Positions 40,537-53,289 of a DNA stretch of 64,000 nt are shown here, piece after piece. Under the pieces are notes generated by a model. The model had not been told where the DNA came from and did not search any database. It saw only the letters and a list, made by a program, of their open reading frames with translations. Position numbers and translations under genes: made by a program. Origin of the DNA: the human T2T-CHM13v2.0 reference genome, Homo sapiens; the NCBI RefSeq assembly GCF_009914755.1, contig NC_060929.1; one strand, 5' to 3'. The first letter of the stretch is position 1, and each line of letters opens with the position of its first letter.

Positions 40537-40929
40537 TGAGTCTTAGTTTGGGTTACCCAGAAGCTGATCCTGAGACAAGGATTTGAGTGAAAGTCATTTA
40601 TTTGAGATGTGAGATGGGTATGGGAAGGAAGCAAATAAATTATGTGTCATCAAGCAGGTTACCACTATGGGTGAGCAGGGCTCAATCCCACCAGGGATTT
40701 CTGGAGACTTTATAGAACATGGCTTAGAGTCATCCCACCCAAGGTGCAAGGAAGTGGGGTTTTGAACCTCTAAGTTTCATCTAGCATTGGCTAAGGACTA
40801 CTCCAAGGAGCATTAACTCCCAGCTTGGAAGACTTTTGACTAAGAGGAAACCTTCAGGCAGAGAGGGGCAGTGCTTGCAATAGGACAGCTGAAGAGACAT
40901 GGATGGAACACTAACAGTGTCTGGTACAA
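40537..40929 (-). mobile_element. ERVL LTR33-like
   Basis: TCTTAGTTTGGGTTACCCAGAAGCTGATCCTGAGACAAGGATTTGAGTG...AACAGTGTCTGGTACA. Confidence 0.75.
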
Positions 40930-41784
40930 CAGTCTCAGAATCAGCGTCAGCGCTCATTTCACTCACTCTACCTTCAGTGTGCAGGTTCCTTTCCTAAAAA
41001 TAGAGGACAGTCACTCACTCAGTCTCTGAGGGGGCACTCTGAGGAATCTCCATCCCTTCCTCGTGTTCTCTCCCCAATGCCCCAACTGCAGTGAGAAACT
41101 TGTAAAGTGCCCTAACTCTGGGAGGATAATTGTGTCCCTCTGTCAGCTCTGTTAGGGTGATAAGCCTGTTTCTCAGCACCCTTGGTGTATTGCCTGGCTT
41201 AGCATCAAAACACTGACCTGGACACATCATACAATCTTGACGGGGTGTTAGGGAGGAACACTTACTCCCCAGTCTTCATGGCTTCATGTCTATTGAGGGG
41301 TGTCCATCAGAGTAGTGCTCCTGGCCTGACTAACCTGGTTGATGAACATGGAAGAATAATCTGCTGTGAACATTTGAGTCCTTCCCTCCTCTCTCTTGTT
41401 CCCTGGAGCCTACTAGCGTGTAGGTAGCACACATTACCTGCTCCTCCAAGGTGGGGAGGCCTGTGGTTTTCCAGCACAGCTGGGAGCTGGGTAAACAGGT
41501 CTGCCTACATCTGGGTAGAATATTAGAATTACTGAACCACCTAGGCCACATTCCTTACATAGCATTGGCAATAACAAATGTGATATATCTATCTGCATGC
41601 AACTGATCTAGATCTATCTCTCAGTGGATTCCAATCTGAGCGGCATTATTGACCTTCCTAAAACTCCAACAGGGACCTTATCCTAGTATCTGCGGCCATT
41701 AGAATGCAATATAGCATTCAGTGTGCTACACCAAAAATGGCTCCAAGATCCAGAAAAAAAGGGAAATGTTACATATTGTTCCCT

Positions 41785-41980
41785 CTTTTTGAATATTCAC
41801 AATGCTCATTAGTGTATTAAAGGCTCTCAGAAACCCATCAGTTATAAATAAACAAACAAAAATCTTGCCAACCTTTTTAAATAAGTAATGTATTTGACCT
41901 TGAAACTCTTTTTTTTTTCAATAGCCTCTATAACATTTCAGGAGGCAAGCTTCCACAGAAAATACTTTAGAAAAGTTTGC
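41785..41980. mobile_element. hAT-Charlie fragment (MER113-like)
   Basis: CACAATGCTCATTAGTGTATTAAAGGCTCTCAGAA...TACTTTAGAAAAG; the family name is uncertain. Confidence 0.45.
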
Positions 41981-41999
41981 ATATGCTGTTCCTTCTCCC

Positions 42000-42260
42000 G
42001 GAACGCCCTCTCCTGCTCTCCTCCATGGATCTCTCATGTTCAGCTTGCTGGATACACCAAGAATGCAAGGCCCTGACAACTCTTTACTTGGGCCATTTCC
42101 CAAGATTGCATTTGCAGTGAGCAGCCTTGAGGGATGAGGTCATGTCTCCCTCCAGGACAAGAGGAGGCTCACTATAAAAGAGGTGTGATTCCTACAGCAC
42201 TACTAGAGTCCAACATCACCTTACCCCAGGTTCCAAGGACCTTGTTCGAAGGTAAGACTC
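42000..42260 (+). mobile_element. ERVL LTR fragment (LTR47-like)
   Basis: CCAAGAATGCAAGGCCCTGAC...GCAGCCTTGAGGGATGAGG...TATAAAAG. Confidence 0.55.
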
Positions 42261-42502
42261 ATGCCTAGTACCACACTATTATACCAGTTTTCATTCCAGG
42301 TTCACTCTCATTGGGATGATCTGTATCATTCAGAGAGATACTCCACTGCAAAAATATGAGACATGGCTTGGAGAAAGGAACTGCCCCTGCAGGACGCACC
42401 CAGAGAGGTAAATGCTCACAGCTGTCTTGTGGTGAAGCCAACAACAAAGTGACAGCAAAGCCACAGACAGACAGAGTTTCTCTCCTATTCTCCTTTTTGT
42501 TG

Positions 42503-42900
42503 TGTAGTGAGTGCTGTGGTGGGCCCTTTTGTTTCCTTCCACTGGGCCCCCCAGTACCTCTTCAAGACTGAAACAATCATTTGGCCAGCTGCTGGGAGTA
42601 TTAGAAGCTCCCAGCTCCCAGCTGAGTCCTTCTACAGGAATTGCCCTTCTCTGAATCACAGGCTCCTGAGTAGAGGGAGGTGGACCCATATCCAAAGACT
42701 GGTCAATGGCCAGCCCTTTTGCTGCCAAGTGGCACAACCCTGAAGAGTCTCTCCGACTCCCAAGCTCCTACGGAATCAGCACCCACAAGGCAGTTCACCT
42801 CTTCCCTCTGCCCAGTCCCGCCGCCTTCGCTCCTGTAAGCTGCCTGCACACTGGTCTCCATCGCAGAGTCTGGTTCCTAGGGAACCCAACCTCACACACA
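42503..42900 (+). mobile_element. ERVL solo LTR, LTR16-like
   Basis: TGTAGTGAGTGCTGTGGTG...CAGCTGCTGGGAGT...CAGAGTCTGGTTCCTAGGGAACCCAACCT. Confidence 0.75.
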
Positions 42901-43134
42901 CTCTGGGAGTTTCGTTCTCTTCTACCAGAGTGAGGCAATGAAAATCAGCACAAAGAATTCTGGCCAGTACTGTGGGTGAGGAATCCATTTCAGGAGGAGC
43001 CACCAGAGCGCAAGCACCAGGTCACAGCAACAGAGTCCAAGGGATCCACAGGCCAGAGAGTGTAAACGCTTGTAACTGCTGACCAAAGGCTCAAGTATGT
43101 GGTCTAGTGTTATCACTTGTTACCTCTGAGGAGT

Positions 43135-43410
43135 ACAGAGTTGTGGTTCTCAACCTTGGCTGCAAAATAGAATAACCAACGGTGTTGCTAAAATTAGTGA
43201 TGCCTGGGCCTCATCTCAAACCAACTGAATCTGAGCCTCCTGAGCCTGAGCCTGGCCATCAGTATTTGGTAATCACTTGATTTCTCTGGGCCTTGCTTCT
43301 CTCATCTGTTAAAGAGGCAATAGTAGTTAGCTCCCTACAGGGCTGACGGGCAGGTGCTACCTGGTTATCATTCCGTTAAGTACCTGGTGACTTATCAGGC
43401 ATTCAATACT
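43135..43410. mobile_element. MER5B-like fragment plus MIR
   Basis: GTGGTTCTCAACCTTGGCTGCA...; CTCTGGGCCTTGCTTCTCTCATCTGT. Confidence 0.6.
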
Positions 43411-43749
43411 GAATATCTTCCCCACCTTCCTACTTAACTGCATGGTTAGAAAAATGCAGATGTTCTAAATAAGGATGCCAAAGCACAAATATTGCATGTT
43501 ATTGGTTGTCTTCAAATCAAGAGGCATCTATTTTACCATCCCTTAAGACAAAGGTCTTCCTAGACATTGGCCAAGATCGTGGACAGATTCAATGTGCCCT
43601 TGGGCATATTTACATAAAGTTTCTTGAAATATACCTTCTTTTTGACACATAGTCATATGAAAACTGTACAAGTTTTCTTTTTAAACAGTAAAATAATTTG
43701 TTCAAAGCCACTTACCTATTTTGCAACAGGATAGCTTGCTTTTAAGACT

Positions 43750-43965
43750 GTTTGACTTCATATCCCATCACTGCTTCTTAGCTGTGTGACTTTGGGCAGA
43801 CCATTTAAACACCCTTTGCCTCAGTTTCCCCACCTACAAAATGGCAATAATAATAACACCTACCTCATAGGAGTGTTGAGCTGATTAAATGATATTTTGC
43901 TTGTTAAGTATTTATCAGAGAGGCTGGCAAAGAGTAAGTACTCAGTGAATGCCAGCTATTTTTAT
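43750..43965 (+). mobile_element. MIR
   Basis: GCTGTGTGACTTTGGGCA...GCCTCAGTTTCCCCACCTACAAAATGG...CCTACCTCATAGG. Confidence 0.88.
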
Positions 43966-44444
43966 AATTTCTTGGAGTGAGTGAAAATATGTGCCAGGTG
44001 AATTTTAAAATTTTAATTCCATTAGCATTATTAAAAATACAACCATATTAGGGTTGCAGATTGAATAAAACCACATGGATTTCTCATAAAGGTTTTGAGA
44101 ATTTGTGAGCACTCTACTAATAAAAAAAGATGAATTGGGCATATCATCTTAAGCCCAGAAAAAGCTGAAATAAAACACTTAATTGTGTGAATTTTATTCC
44201 ATGGTGTCAAACCTTAGAGAAACCGGGATTTAAAGGTATTTCAAATTTACCTCTTTTACAGTAAGCATATGAGGAAAAGGCTAGTTTCATCAGCTTCCCT
44301 TGGTAGGTATTGAGAAAGATTAATGAATGTCTTGAGTTTGAACATTAAGTTCTTATGTGTTAGATTTCTATAGCCTTCACTTCTTGATGTTTAGGGAAAA
44401 ACAATTAAATATGTCTCCGCATTTTGCTCCATACATATTAGATA

Positions 44445-44955
44445 AATCAACTGGAAATTGTATTCAGCTACTAGTAACAGAGACTTAAATATTGGCTTAA
44501 ATAAAGCAAGGATTTTTTCCCCTTATAAAATAAGAGCAGTGCAGGTATGATGACTCCAAAGCACCATCAGGCACCTAGGCTCTTTCCAGCTCCAGGCTTC
44601 ACCATCCCTAGGCTGTGGCCCTTGTCCTCAGGCTTATAGGATGACTGCTGGAGCTCAAGCTCTCACTTGAGTGTTCTAGGAACAGACAAGGGAGACACAA
44701 GGAAAGGCAGTGGGACCTGCTGACTGAGTCATCCTCCTTTAAAAAGCTTTCCCTGTAAGCCCCACTCAGTGACTTCCAGTTACATATTACTCTGCCCACC
44801 CACCGCCCTCATCCCATGACACATACACACCTCTGCAAAGAAGGCTGGGAAAAATAATGTTTCAGTGGACAGCTTGCCAAATCCTAGAATACAGGGATTC
44901 CGTACTAAAAAGGAAAGGAAGGATTATACTGGTTAGAGACCTAAAATTTTTGCAA
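44445..44955 (-). mobile_element. MLT1J-like MaLR LTR
   Basis: TATTCAGCTACTAGTAACAGAGAC...GGCTTAAATAA...GATGACTGCTGGAGCTC...CTGCAAAGAAGGCTGGGAAA. Confidence 0.75.
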
Positions 44956-45029
44956 CCGTAAGTTCTTAATAAATTGTTGTTTACAAAAAAGAAGAAAAAA
45001 AGGAGGAGGAGGAAGAAAAGAAACGACCT

Positions 45030-45530
45030 GCTAATTTATTCATTATTGTGTCCCTAGGACCTAGCTCAGTACCTGGCACACAGTAAGAGCTGAGTAAATA
45101 TTTATTTAATGATTGAACTAAAGAATGAGGTATGGATATAGAATAAAGGATTGATTTTACAGGCTCACATGAAAACCAGTCTCTTGAATCCAGATACTTA
45201 GCCTTTAAAGAATTATTCTAGCAACAATACAGGGTACTGTAATTATCCTCATTTGATACATGAGGCTAAAAGGGCTTAATAACATGCCCAGGGTGAGACA
45301 TCCTCTTCCCACTGCCCTCCACAGACCCAGGCCAGCATAGCCAATGCCTCTGCCTTGATGAGCATGAGGGAATGGTCCTAGATGGATTATCTAATGTCCT
45401 TCCTTTTTTACAGATGAGAAAACTAGATGCCCACAGAAGTTAAGAATCTTGTCCAAAGTCACGTAGCTCAGAGAAGAAAGTGATTATTAGAATCAGGTAT
45501 ATCAACCCCCAGTCTGTGCTGCATGGGCCC
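45030..45530. mobile_element. L2 3' end (+, 45030-45125) and MIR fragments (-)
   Basis: CCTAGCTCAGTACCTGGCACACAGTAAG...AAATATTTA; TTTTACAGATGAGAAAACT. Confidence 0.7.
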
Positions 45531-45856
45531 CGAGTTCCCATTGGCACCAACCTCTCAAGAAATTGGTGTGATTGCCTGGAAACAGACTTTGATGAAATAA
45601 CTGTGAGCTGCTCAAGATATTTTCCACCTTCCCTGGCCAACATATTCTACTCCCTTGGAAGCCACCCCAGCATTCATTGTTGAGGGTAGAGTGTCAGGTT
45701 GCAGGCTGCAGATTTTAGTAGCATTGGAGAGAGAGGCAGCATTAATTAAAAAGCAGAGGGAAAAGCCATCACCAAAATTGCCACCCACTCCAGGACAGTT
45801 GCCTCTAGGAGCAAACGCCTTAGCACCAGCCCTGGGATGGAAGTTGTGAGCAATAG

Positions 45857-45967
45857 TAGAGTGACTGACCATCCTGGTTTGCCCAAGACTGTCCTGGCTT
45901 TAGCACGGAAAAGTCCTGCATCCCAAGAAACCACTCAGAACCTGTCAAACAGGGCCAGTTGGTACCT
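45857..45967 (+). mobile_element. MER81 (hAT-Blackjack MITE)
   Basis: TAGAGTGACTGACCATCCTGGTTTGCCCAAGACTGTCC...AAGTCCTGCATCCCAAGAAACC...CAGTTGGTACCT. Confidence 0.8.
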
Positions 45968-46159
45968 CCAACATATTTCTGTTGTTGCTCTTGGGTTATA
46001 CATTCAGAGACTTTCAATGGAACTTTGGAAAAGTGGGGAACAGCAAGGAACCACAAGAGGCAGGTCCAGCATGTTGGGTCCAACCCAGCACAGAGGCATT
46101 TGTTGAGTACCAAATTGATGAGAGGCAGAGAGCCAGGTCCTCCCTGGACATGGAGCCAT

Positions 46160-46720
46160 CATTGCTAGTGTTTTCTGGGCACTCACCCAGTGCTGAGTGG
46201 AAGGGCTTCATGTGGATGAGTTCGTTGATCCTCACAACACCCCTAGAAGGCAGATCCTATTGTTCTCCCATTCACAGAAAGGAATCTGAAGCACGAGGAG
46301 GTGAAGGAATGCGCCCAAAGTTAAAAGCTGTCAGGCAGCAGAGGTCGGGTGCAGACTGGCCGACTCCAGGGTCTGCGTGCTCCCTTCTCATTGCACTGCC
46401 CCATACAGGAAGAGAAACATCACCTCTTCACTCAAGAAGTGTACAACATGGGAGACAGGGTGAGGTAAGTGCGCAGATCCCTTATGGAGTAATATCAATG
46501 CCACCGTGGCTGACATTCCCTGAGCAGTTGCTGTGGGCCAGGCCTCTGCTCAGCTTCTACGTAAAGTGTCCATTCTCATCCTCATTATGATGAGTGTGGT
46601 ACTATTAGCATCTCCATTGTATGACAATCGGACTGTGGCTAAAAGAGGTGAAGCATTTTACCCAGCATCTCACAAGTGGTGAAGCTGGGATTCAAATCAA
46701 GAAGTCTAATCCCATGGCAG
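46160..46720 (-). mobile_element. Two MIRs (46160-46400; 46505-46720)
   Basis: ATCCTCACAACACCC...CCCATTCACAGAAAGGAATCTGAAGC; GAAGCTGGGATTCAAATC; these underlie the 202 aa ORF. Confidence 0.7.
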
Positions 46721-47490
46721 GGCAGAACTGTACCTTGCTTAGGAGCTCTGGGTGTTCTCCCAGGCAGGTTAGGTGAGGGCCAGGTGAGAGCTACTAACAG
46801 ACTGCCCTAGAGATTTAGCCATTTCTGCCTTTTTGTTCATTTGCACTAAGTGTCATTCTCTAGTCTCAAGCCTTGGGCTGTGTTCTGCTAGCAGCCCCCG
46901 AGCTGGTGGTGGCCACCATCATTTTGCAAGCCAGTGAACCAAAAACCACTCCGAGAGCTCCACAACGCAACACAGAAGGCTGAATCCTGGGACAGACGCC
47001 ACAGCACAGTGCTGTTTTGGAAGGCAGCTTTCTGCTCCCAGCCCCAGCCTACCTTTCCATTGCTGCTGTTTTCTTCCTGCTCCAGAGAAGGGCGAAAGCA
47101 CATTATCTACCTACATAGAGGAACTATGGAAGCCCTGCCAGGCCCTGTCTCATCCCAGAGCTTGAAGACTTGGGTTATGATCACTGCAGAACCAAAAGGC
47201 ATTATTAATATGGATGTATTCCAGAAGTGACCAGTTTAAAAATCATTCAAGAGAGCATATGCATGAGACCATGCGCTGCTGTTATGCCTGCAAAGCCCTC
47301 TTTGGTAACAACAGCTCTGAGAGCTCTGACCTCCCACCTAAGAACCAGTGGCCACAGAAAACCTTTCTGCAAGAATCCCTGCTCCTTTTCCAGCTTGTCT
47401 GGAGTGAGAGAGTAGCTGAGGCTCCTGGACAGCAAGTTGCCTCTAAGAGGGGCCACTGCATCCTGTCATAAAGAATGGATTAGGCTGGGA

Positions 47491-47833
<343 letters not shown>

Positions 47834-48084
47834 TTAGTAAACAGAATGAACCCTGCTGCTTCTCCCACAACCAAAGGGAAAAGTGAGCCCCAAAACAGAG
47901 CGGAACGTTACTTCTCTAAGCAAAAGACAAAGGCACCCTCCTGGGTGAGTATCAAAATATTTAAATCTGCTAAGACCACGAAGGGCCCTGACCTAGTGTG
48001 TATTGCAATGAGTTGGAGAATCTGGTAGAGAGTTAGTAATAACTGCACCAATCAGGCTGAGAACACTGAAGCTATATGATGGTG

Positions 48085-48225
48085 ATTATTAAAAACAATA
48101 ATTATTGTTTGCCACATACTGGACACTGATGTAATTTATTTATAGGTGCATCTAATATTTGTGACAGCCCTATGAGGTATCCCAGCTAGAAAGTGGCAGA
48201 GCTGGGATTTAAATCCAGGAGACAA
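48085..48225 (-). mobile_element. MIR fragment
   Basis: ACAGCCCTATGAGGTA...AGTGGCAGAGCTGGGATTTAAATCCAGG. Confidence 0.7.
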
Positions 48226-48819
48226 AAGAAAAACTGTGTGAGTCCCAAATAGGTGAGGTAGCAGAGGGCAGCACCACAGACTTCTCAGAGAAGGCATCCT
48301 GTCCCTGAGTCTCTAGGGTCGAGGGGCTTTGGGTGGAACTCGGCCTGTTGCAGAACACGGGTTTGATTTTCTTTTCTTTCGACAAAGCTGCCTTCTGGGC
48401 ACAGGGTGCCTACAGGCCCAAACAACTGCTCAGGGAAGAGAATTCCCCAGGTTTCTAGCTGGGATCTAAAGAAAAAAAGTGTGCCATGTCTGGCGCAAAA
48501 GCACCTGACATCAGGTTACCTCTAAACACATTATGTCGCCCTCCTTCATGAACAGGATCAAAAAATTCTCTTTTATCCCCCAAATCAAAGGTTTTCTCCA
48601 TCTCTACAAAGGGGCCTGAGTCCCCTGCCTGGGCTGAGTGTGACGAGTCCTCACTCTGTGGGCCTCAAAAGGATTACACTTTTGTTTGTGTCTCCTGTAA
48701 CCTTGTGCCTTCTCCTCACGGGCCACCTCCCAAGTCAGGCCCAAGAGCAATGCACTCCCGAGTGGACGAGGCACTTCAGACACCAGCTTGCTGTTTCCTG
48801 CAGTGGTCAGCCTGATTTA

Positions 48820-49249
<430 letters not shown>

Positions 49250-49274
49250 CTATGATTGCATTGTGGGAGAAAAG

Positions 49275-49475
49275 AACAATAATAATAACAAGAGCTAGTG
49301 TTTGCTGAGTGCTTACTATGTGCCAGGCACTGGGCTACAGACCTTCATTAATCCTCAGAGAGACACAATGAGGTACGTATGGAATGGGGTAGGTAGGAGC
49401 ACACAGAGACTTAAAAAGATTACATAAATCACCTACAGTGTTAGTGGAGCCAGGAATTAAACCCAGCCTGCCTCA
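49275..49475 (-). mobile_element. MIR (interrupted by an LTR)
   Basis: TGAGTGCTTACTATGTGCCAGGCACTG...GGAGCCAGGAATTAAACCCAG. Confidence 0.8.
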
Positions 49476-50017
49476 TGGCCAAGATTCTCCTCGATCAAAC
49501 TCTAGCCAGGCCCTTTGGAGCACTCTTCTTGACTATGTCTTAACCTCGGCCTATGAAGATCTGAACGAAACACTAACATAGTTTCCAACAGTGCAAGGCT
49601 GCATCCCTAGGATGACCCTAGTGTCCTTAAAGTACCTGTGAGAAAACTCAAGGTTGCCAATTGAATTGACTGTTTATTCCAGCCAGTTCCTGAAGATGGG
49701 GCCCCTGTCTCCTAACCTCTGCGGGAGGGTAGGAGCCTAGCTCGATATGCGACAGTTAGCAATCCCAGATGGGTTTCACATGGACAAACCCTCTCCCCAT
49801 CATCCTGCTTTTTGTAATTTTACATTTCCTTGACTCTACTGAGCAACCTCCCCACTCCCACCGACACTCCCTCATTCTCTCTTGAAACGCCATGGGTACC
49901 TCTGTGCAAATTAAAATTGAGTGCAGTACACTCGGGACCCTTTTCCCCATTGCAATCGTATATTACTGATAAAATCTGTACTTACCACTTTAACTAGGAT
50001 TGGCTTTGTCTTTGACA
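49476..50017 (+). mobile_element. ERV1 solo LTR (MER67-like)
   Basis: TG..CA termini; CAAACTCTAGCCAGGC, CATCCCTAGGATGACCC, GAGAAAACTCAAGGTTGCC; 4-bp TSD-like CTCA/CTGA. Confidence 0.75.
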
Positions 50018-50787
50018 CTGACCACACCCTGTTCACAATACCATTCTACTATCCAGCCTCCAGATACACCAAGGTATGTATGTTACCGGGAGTGTGGAAG
50101 GGAGCTTCAGGTTACCAGATCCCAAATGCTAGGGTCATTTTTTTTTTATGTTTCTGTGTTTCCCAAATTTACATACTAAGCATGCATTATTTTTGCATTT
50201 AGGAGGGAAATGTTACCAAAAATAAAAAGTGGAAATAATATTTTTCATAAGAAAAAATACAAGACCCCCAAAGCAATTGATTACTGCAGCTTACAACCAG
50301 ATAAATAGACCCTGGCTTCCCACCACCTACCAAGATCATTACGCAGCTATATGAAGTCTTTCCTTTCTTCCCGTTCCTGAGTGTCCTCCTTCTCACCACC
50401 AGAATGGCTTCCTGCCATTCCCCCACCCCTCACAAGCAGCATCCCCAATCTGACTGGAGAAGCAAGCCCATCTTTGCCTCCTTTCAACAAGATCTCAGCC
50501 AAGTCCTCCAGGACATGGATGGCTGAAAAGGCAGTAGCCAGAGCCAGAGTCAACAGATTTTCCAGGTGGCCATTTTTTGCCAAGGGTTCTGCTAGACACT
50601 GGACCAAAATACTAGAAAATAACATAGCCAAAAAATGCTAAAACCTCATTATCTTTAGCCCTGAAGAAACCCAAGACAGCTGCCTTCTGAGCTATAAAGA
50701 ATAAGCAATCCTTAAATTCCTACACTGTTCTTAGCATTATCAATCAACTCTGTGCTCTGTTCTGTAAGAGATAAACAGGGTGAAACA

Positions 50788-50832
50788 GTGTGTCTATGTG
50801 TATGTGTGTGTGTATATATGTGTATATATATT

Positions 50833-50886
<54 letters not shown>
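50788..50886. repeat. Compound TA/TG microsatellite ending in perfect (TG)23
   Basis: TG run 50839-50884. Confidence 0.97.
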
Positions 50887-50888
<2 letters not shown>

Positions 50889-51074
50889 GTGTTTGGAATC
50901 TAACTGGAAATGCTAGACAAGCATCAGGTAAGTAGAAAGAAGCACACCTCTTTTAGCACTGCCCATGTAGTCCTGATATTAATTCATTATGATGCTAACT
51001 TGTTCACTTAATGTATAACTCTCACAGCCAAGGAGTCACTGCAGTGAAAAGCATGTTCTTTCATGTTCTCAGTT

Positions 51075-51533
51075 TTGGGAAACAATTGTCCATTGGTCTC
51101 TCATGTTTCTACATGTCTTATAAGCAAGGCGCTGACTTCCCTTGTTCTAGACTATCTTTGCAAGGATGTTTGTATAACAAAAAGTCTTGGAAGATAGAGT
51201 GGTTCCCAGAGCACTTTTCTTTCCTGAGCAAAAAGCAGGCTTGCTCACTGTCTATTATAAAAGATTTGGGTTTCCTGTGCTCACGGTTCCTCTCTGTAAT
51301 GCAATCCAGTGCCTGCACAGGTGTCATCTGGCCCTATTAGCATCATACTATGAGAATTAGGGGTTAGAGAACCCACTCAAAATTGCTAGTACTCTAGCTG
51401 CCGCTATTGCTGTGAGGAATACTATTATTTCTCCAGGAGTCTCATGTCTTCTACCAGCATCCATGAAACTATGGGAGGCTAATTTGTTAGCTTGCAAGGA
51501 AGGTCAAATTTCAGATCCCTCACAGTTTGTGAC
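51075..51533 (+). mobile_element. ERVL solo LTR (LTR47-like)
   Basis: GGTCTCTCATGTTTCTACATGTCTT...TATAAAAGATTTGGG...CAGGAGTCTCATGTCTTCTACCAGCATCCATGAAAC...TGACA; the family name is uncertain. Confidence 0.65.
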
Positions 51534-52174
51534 ACTTAACCAGTGAGTTCTAATATGATCTAGTCTACTTTTCTCCATTTAAGAAGCACTGTCTATTCCA
51601 TTTACTCAGCAAAGCTCCCTTCTTGCCAGTATTTTCTTTCTTTTCTGATAATAATTTTGATGAATAATGCCTGAAAAAGGTATACAAGTAACTATGTTTG
51701 ATCTGCCAAAAATAAGAAAAACATCCTACTGGCTGCAAATCACAAGAATAACGGGGGCTCAAAGTCGCATTCACAAAAATGGCTAGGAAATCAAGAGTAC
51801 AAATCAACAGGAAATATAGGATTCTTTGGTGCTAAAAAACAAAAAACAAAAAGAAAAAGGAAACATTAAAACACCACCCATTAGAACCCAGCCAGGGAGG
51901 CTTAATCAACAGCTGCAGAAAGAGCTGAAGAGAATGGAACCACCATGCCATACCACTGAACATTCATCCTCTCTGGAGATGTGCCAGGAGGACCAAATAG
52001 CACCGATTTCACTCAGAGCTTCTATCCCCAGAACTGCATTTTCTAAATAAGATACACCTTATTACATCATATAGCACAGATTATAAGTATACCATAGAAA
52101 TTTGTAAACAGGAGTCCATTCCTGATTCTAGCTCTTCAATAGGATAAAGGAGCATGTATAAATATGGCCATATT

Positions 52175-52432
<258 letters not shown>

Positions 52433-52619
52433 ATGGCCATATTGAGAATTTTTCCTAAAATACAGCTGGAGAAAAAAAGTTATTATAAGGTTTAGTTAAA
52501 GACATTTTGCACAATTATTTCCCTTAATTTTGTTTTCAGCTATGGGAAGGCATGACCATGCCATAAATAAGCTCTGAAAATAGAGCATTCAAGGAAAGAG
52601 TTTAGTAATTAAAATGCAT

Positions 52620-52795
52620 GAGGTGGCTGACAAGATGGCCAAATAGGAACAGCTCTGGTCTGCAGCTCCCAGCGAGATCAACGCAAAAGGCCAGCGATTC
52701 CTGCATTTCCAACTGAGGTAGCCGGCTCATGTCATCGGGACTAGTTAGACAGTGGGTGCAGCCCACGGAGGGCAAGCTGAAGCAGGGTGGGCTGT
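52620..52795 (+). mobile_element. Isolated first ~175 bp of an L1PA (PA7-like) 5'UTR
   Basis: CAAGATGGCCAAATAGGAACAGCTCTGGTCTGCAGCTCCCAGCGAGATCAACGCA...CAGTGGGTGCAGCCCACGGAGGGC; no downstream L1 body. Confidence 0.88.
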
Positions 52796-52892
52796 CTCAT
52801 GACCATCGTGTTACCCAATACTAGAAAGAGTGGGTAAGGGTGCTAGAGGCTTGGGAAGGGAAAGTAGGGTGCCAGCAGAAATAAGATGGGAA

Positions 52893-53176
52893 AGCTGGGT
52901 GCAGCAGCTCATGCCTGTAATCCAAACACTTTGGAAGGTGGAGGTGGGAAGATCACTTGAGCCCAGGAGTTTGAGACCAGCCTGGGCAACAAGGCAAAAA
53001 CCCCATCTCTACAAAAAATACCAAAAGTAGCCAGGCATGGTGGCATGCACCTGTAGTCCCAGCTACTCAGGAGGCTGAGGTGGGAGGATCACCTGAGCCT
53101 GGGAGGTCAAGGCTGTGGTGAGTGATCCTGCCACTGCACTCCAGCCTGGGTGATAGAGTGAGACCCTGTCTCAAAA
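52893..53176 (+). mobile_element. AluJ
   Basis: GATCACTTGAGCCCAGGAGTTTGAG; GGGAGGATCACCTGAGCCTGGGAGGTCAAGGCTG. Confidence 0.9.
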
Positions 53177-53289
53177 GGAGGGAGGGAGGGAGGGAGGGAA
53201 AGAAAGGAGGGAGGGAGGAAGGGAGGGAGGGAGGGAGGGAGGGAGGAAGGAAGGAACGAAGGAAGGAAGGAAGGAAGGAAGGAAGGAAA
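53177..53289. repeat. (GGGA)n/(GGAA)n microsatellite derived from the Alu tail
   Basis: 3 GGAA + CGAA + 7 GGAA at 53245-53288, after GGGA runs. Confidence 0.95.

Noticed and set aside
35490-40929. Two co-oriented LTR33-like LTRs ~5 kb apart as a possible provirus
   Set aside because: The interval holds MIR, L2 and L1MB with no gag/pol remnants, and the LTRs are too dissimilar; these are independent solo LTRs. The same reasoning applies to the LTR47-like pair at 42.0 and 51.1 kb.
25580-43720. Scattered consensus splice donors on the minus strand (25590, 28121, 39921, 43712) and on plus (7052, 27145)
   Set aside because: No matching acceptors or coherent reading frame; this many matches is expected by chance in 64 kb.
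45982-46590. 202 aa ORF
   Set aside because: Non-ATG start, runs through antisense MIRs, and resembles no protein family I recognise.
46888-46916. CTCF-like CCACCAG..GGGGGC on the minus strand (also 48258-48273)
   Set aside because: Spacing or core mismatches relative to the CTCF consensus; not supportable without ChIP data.
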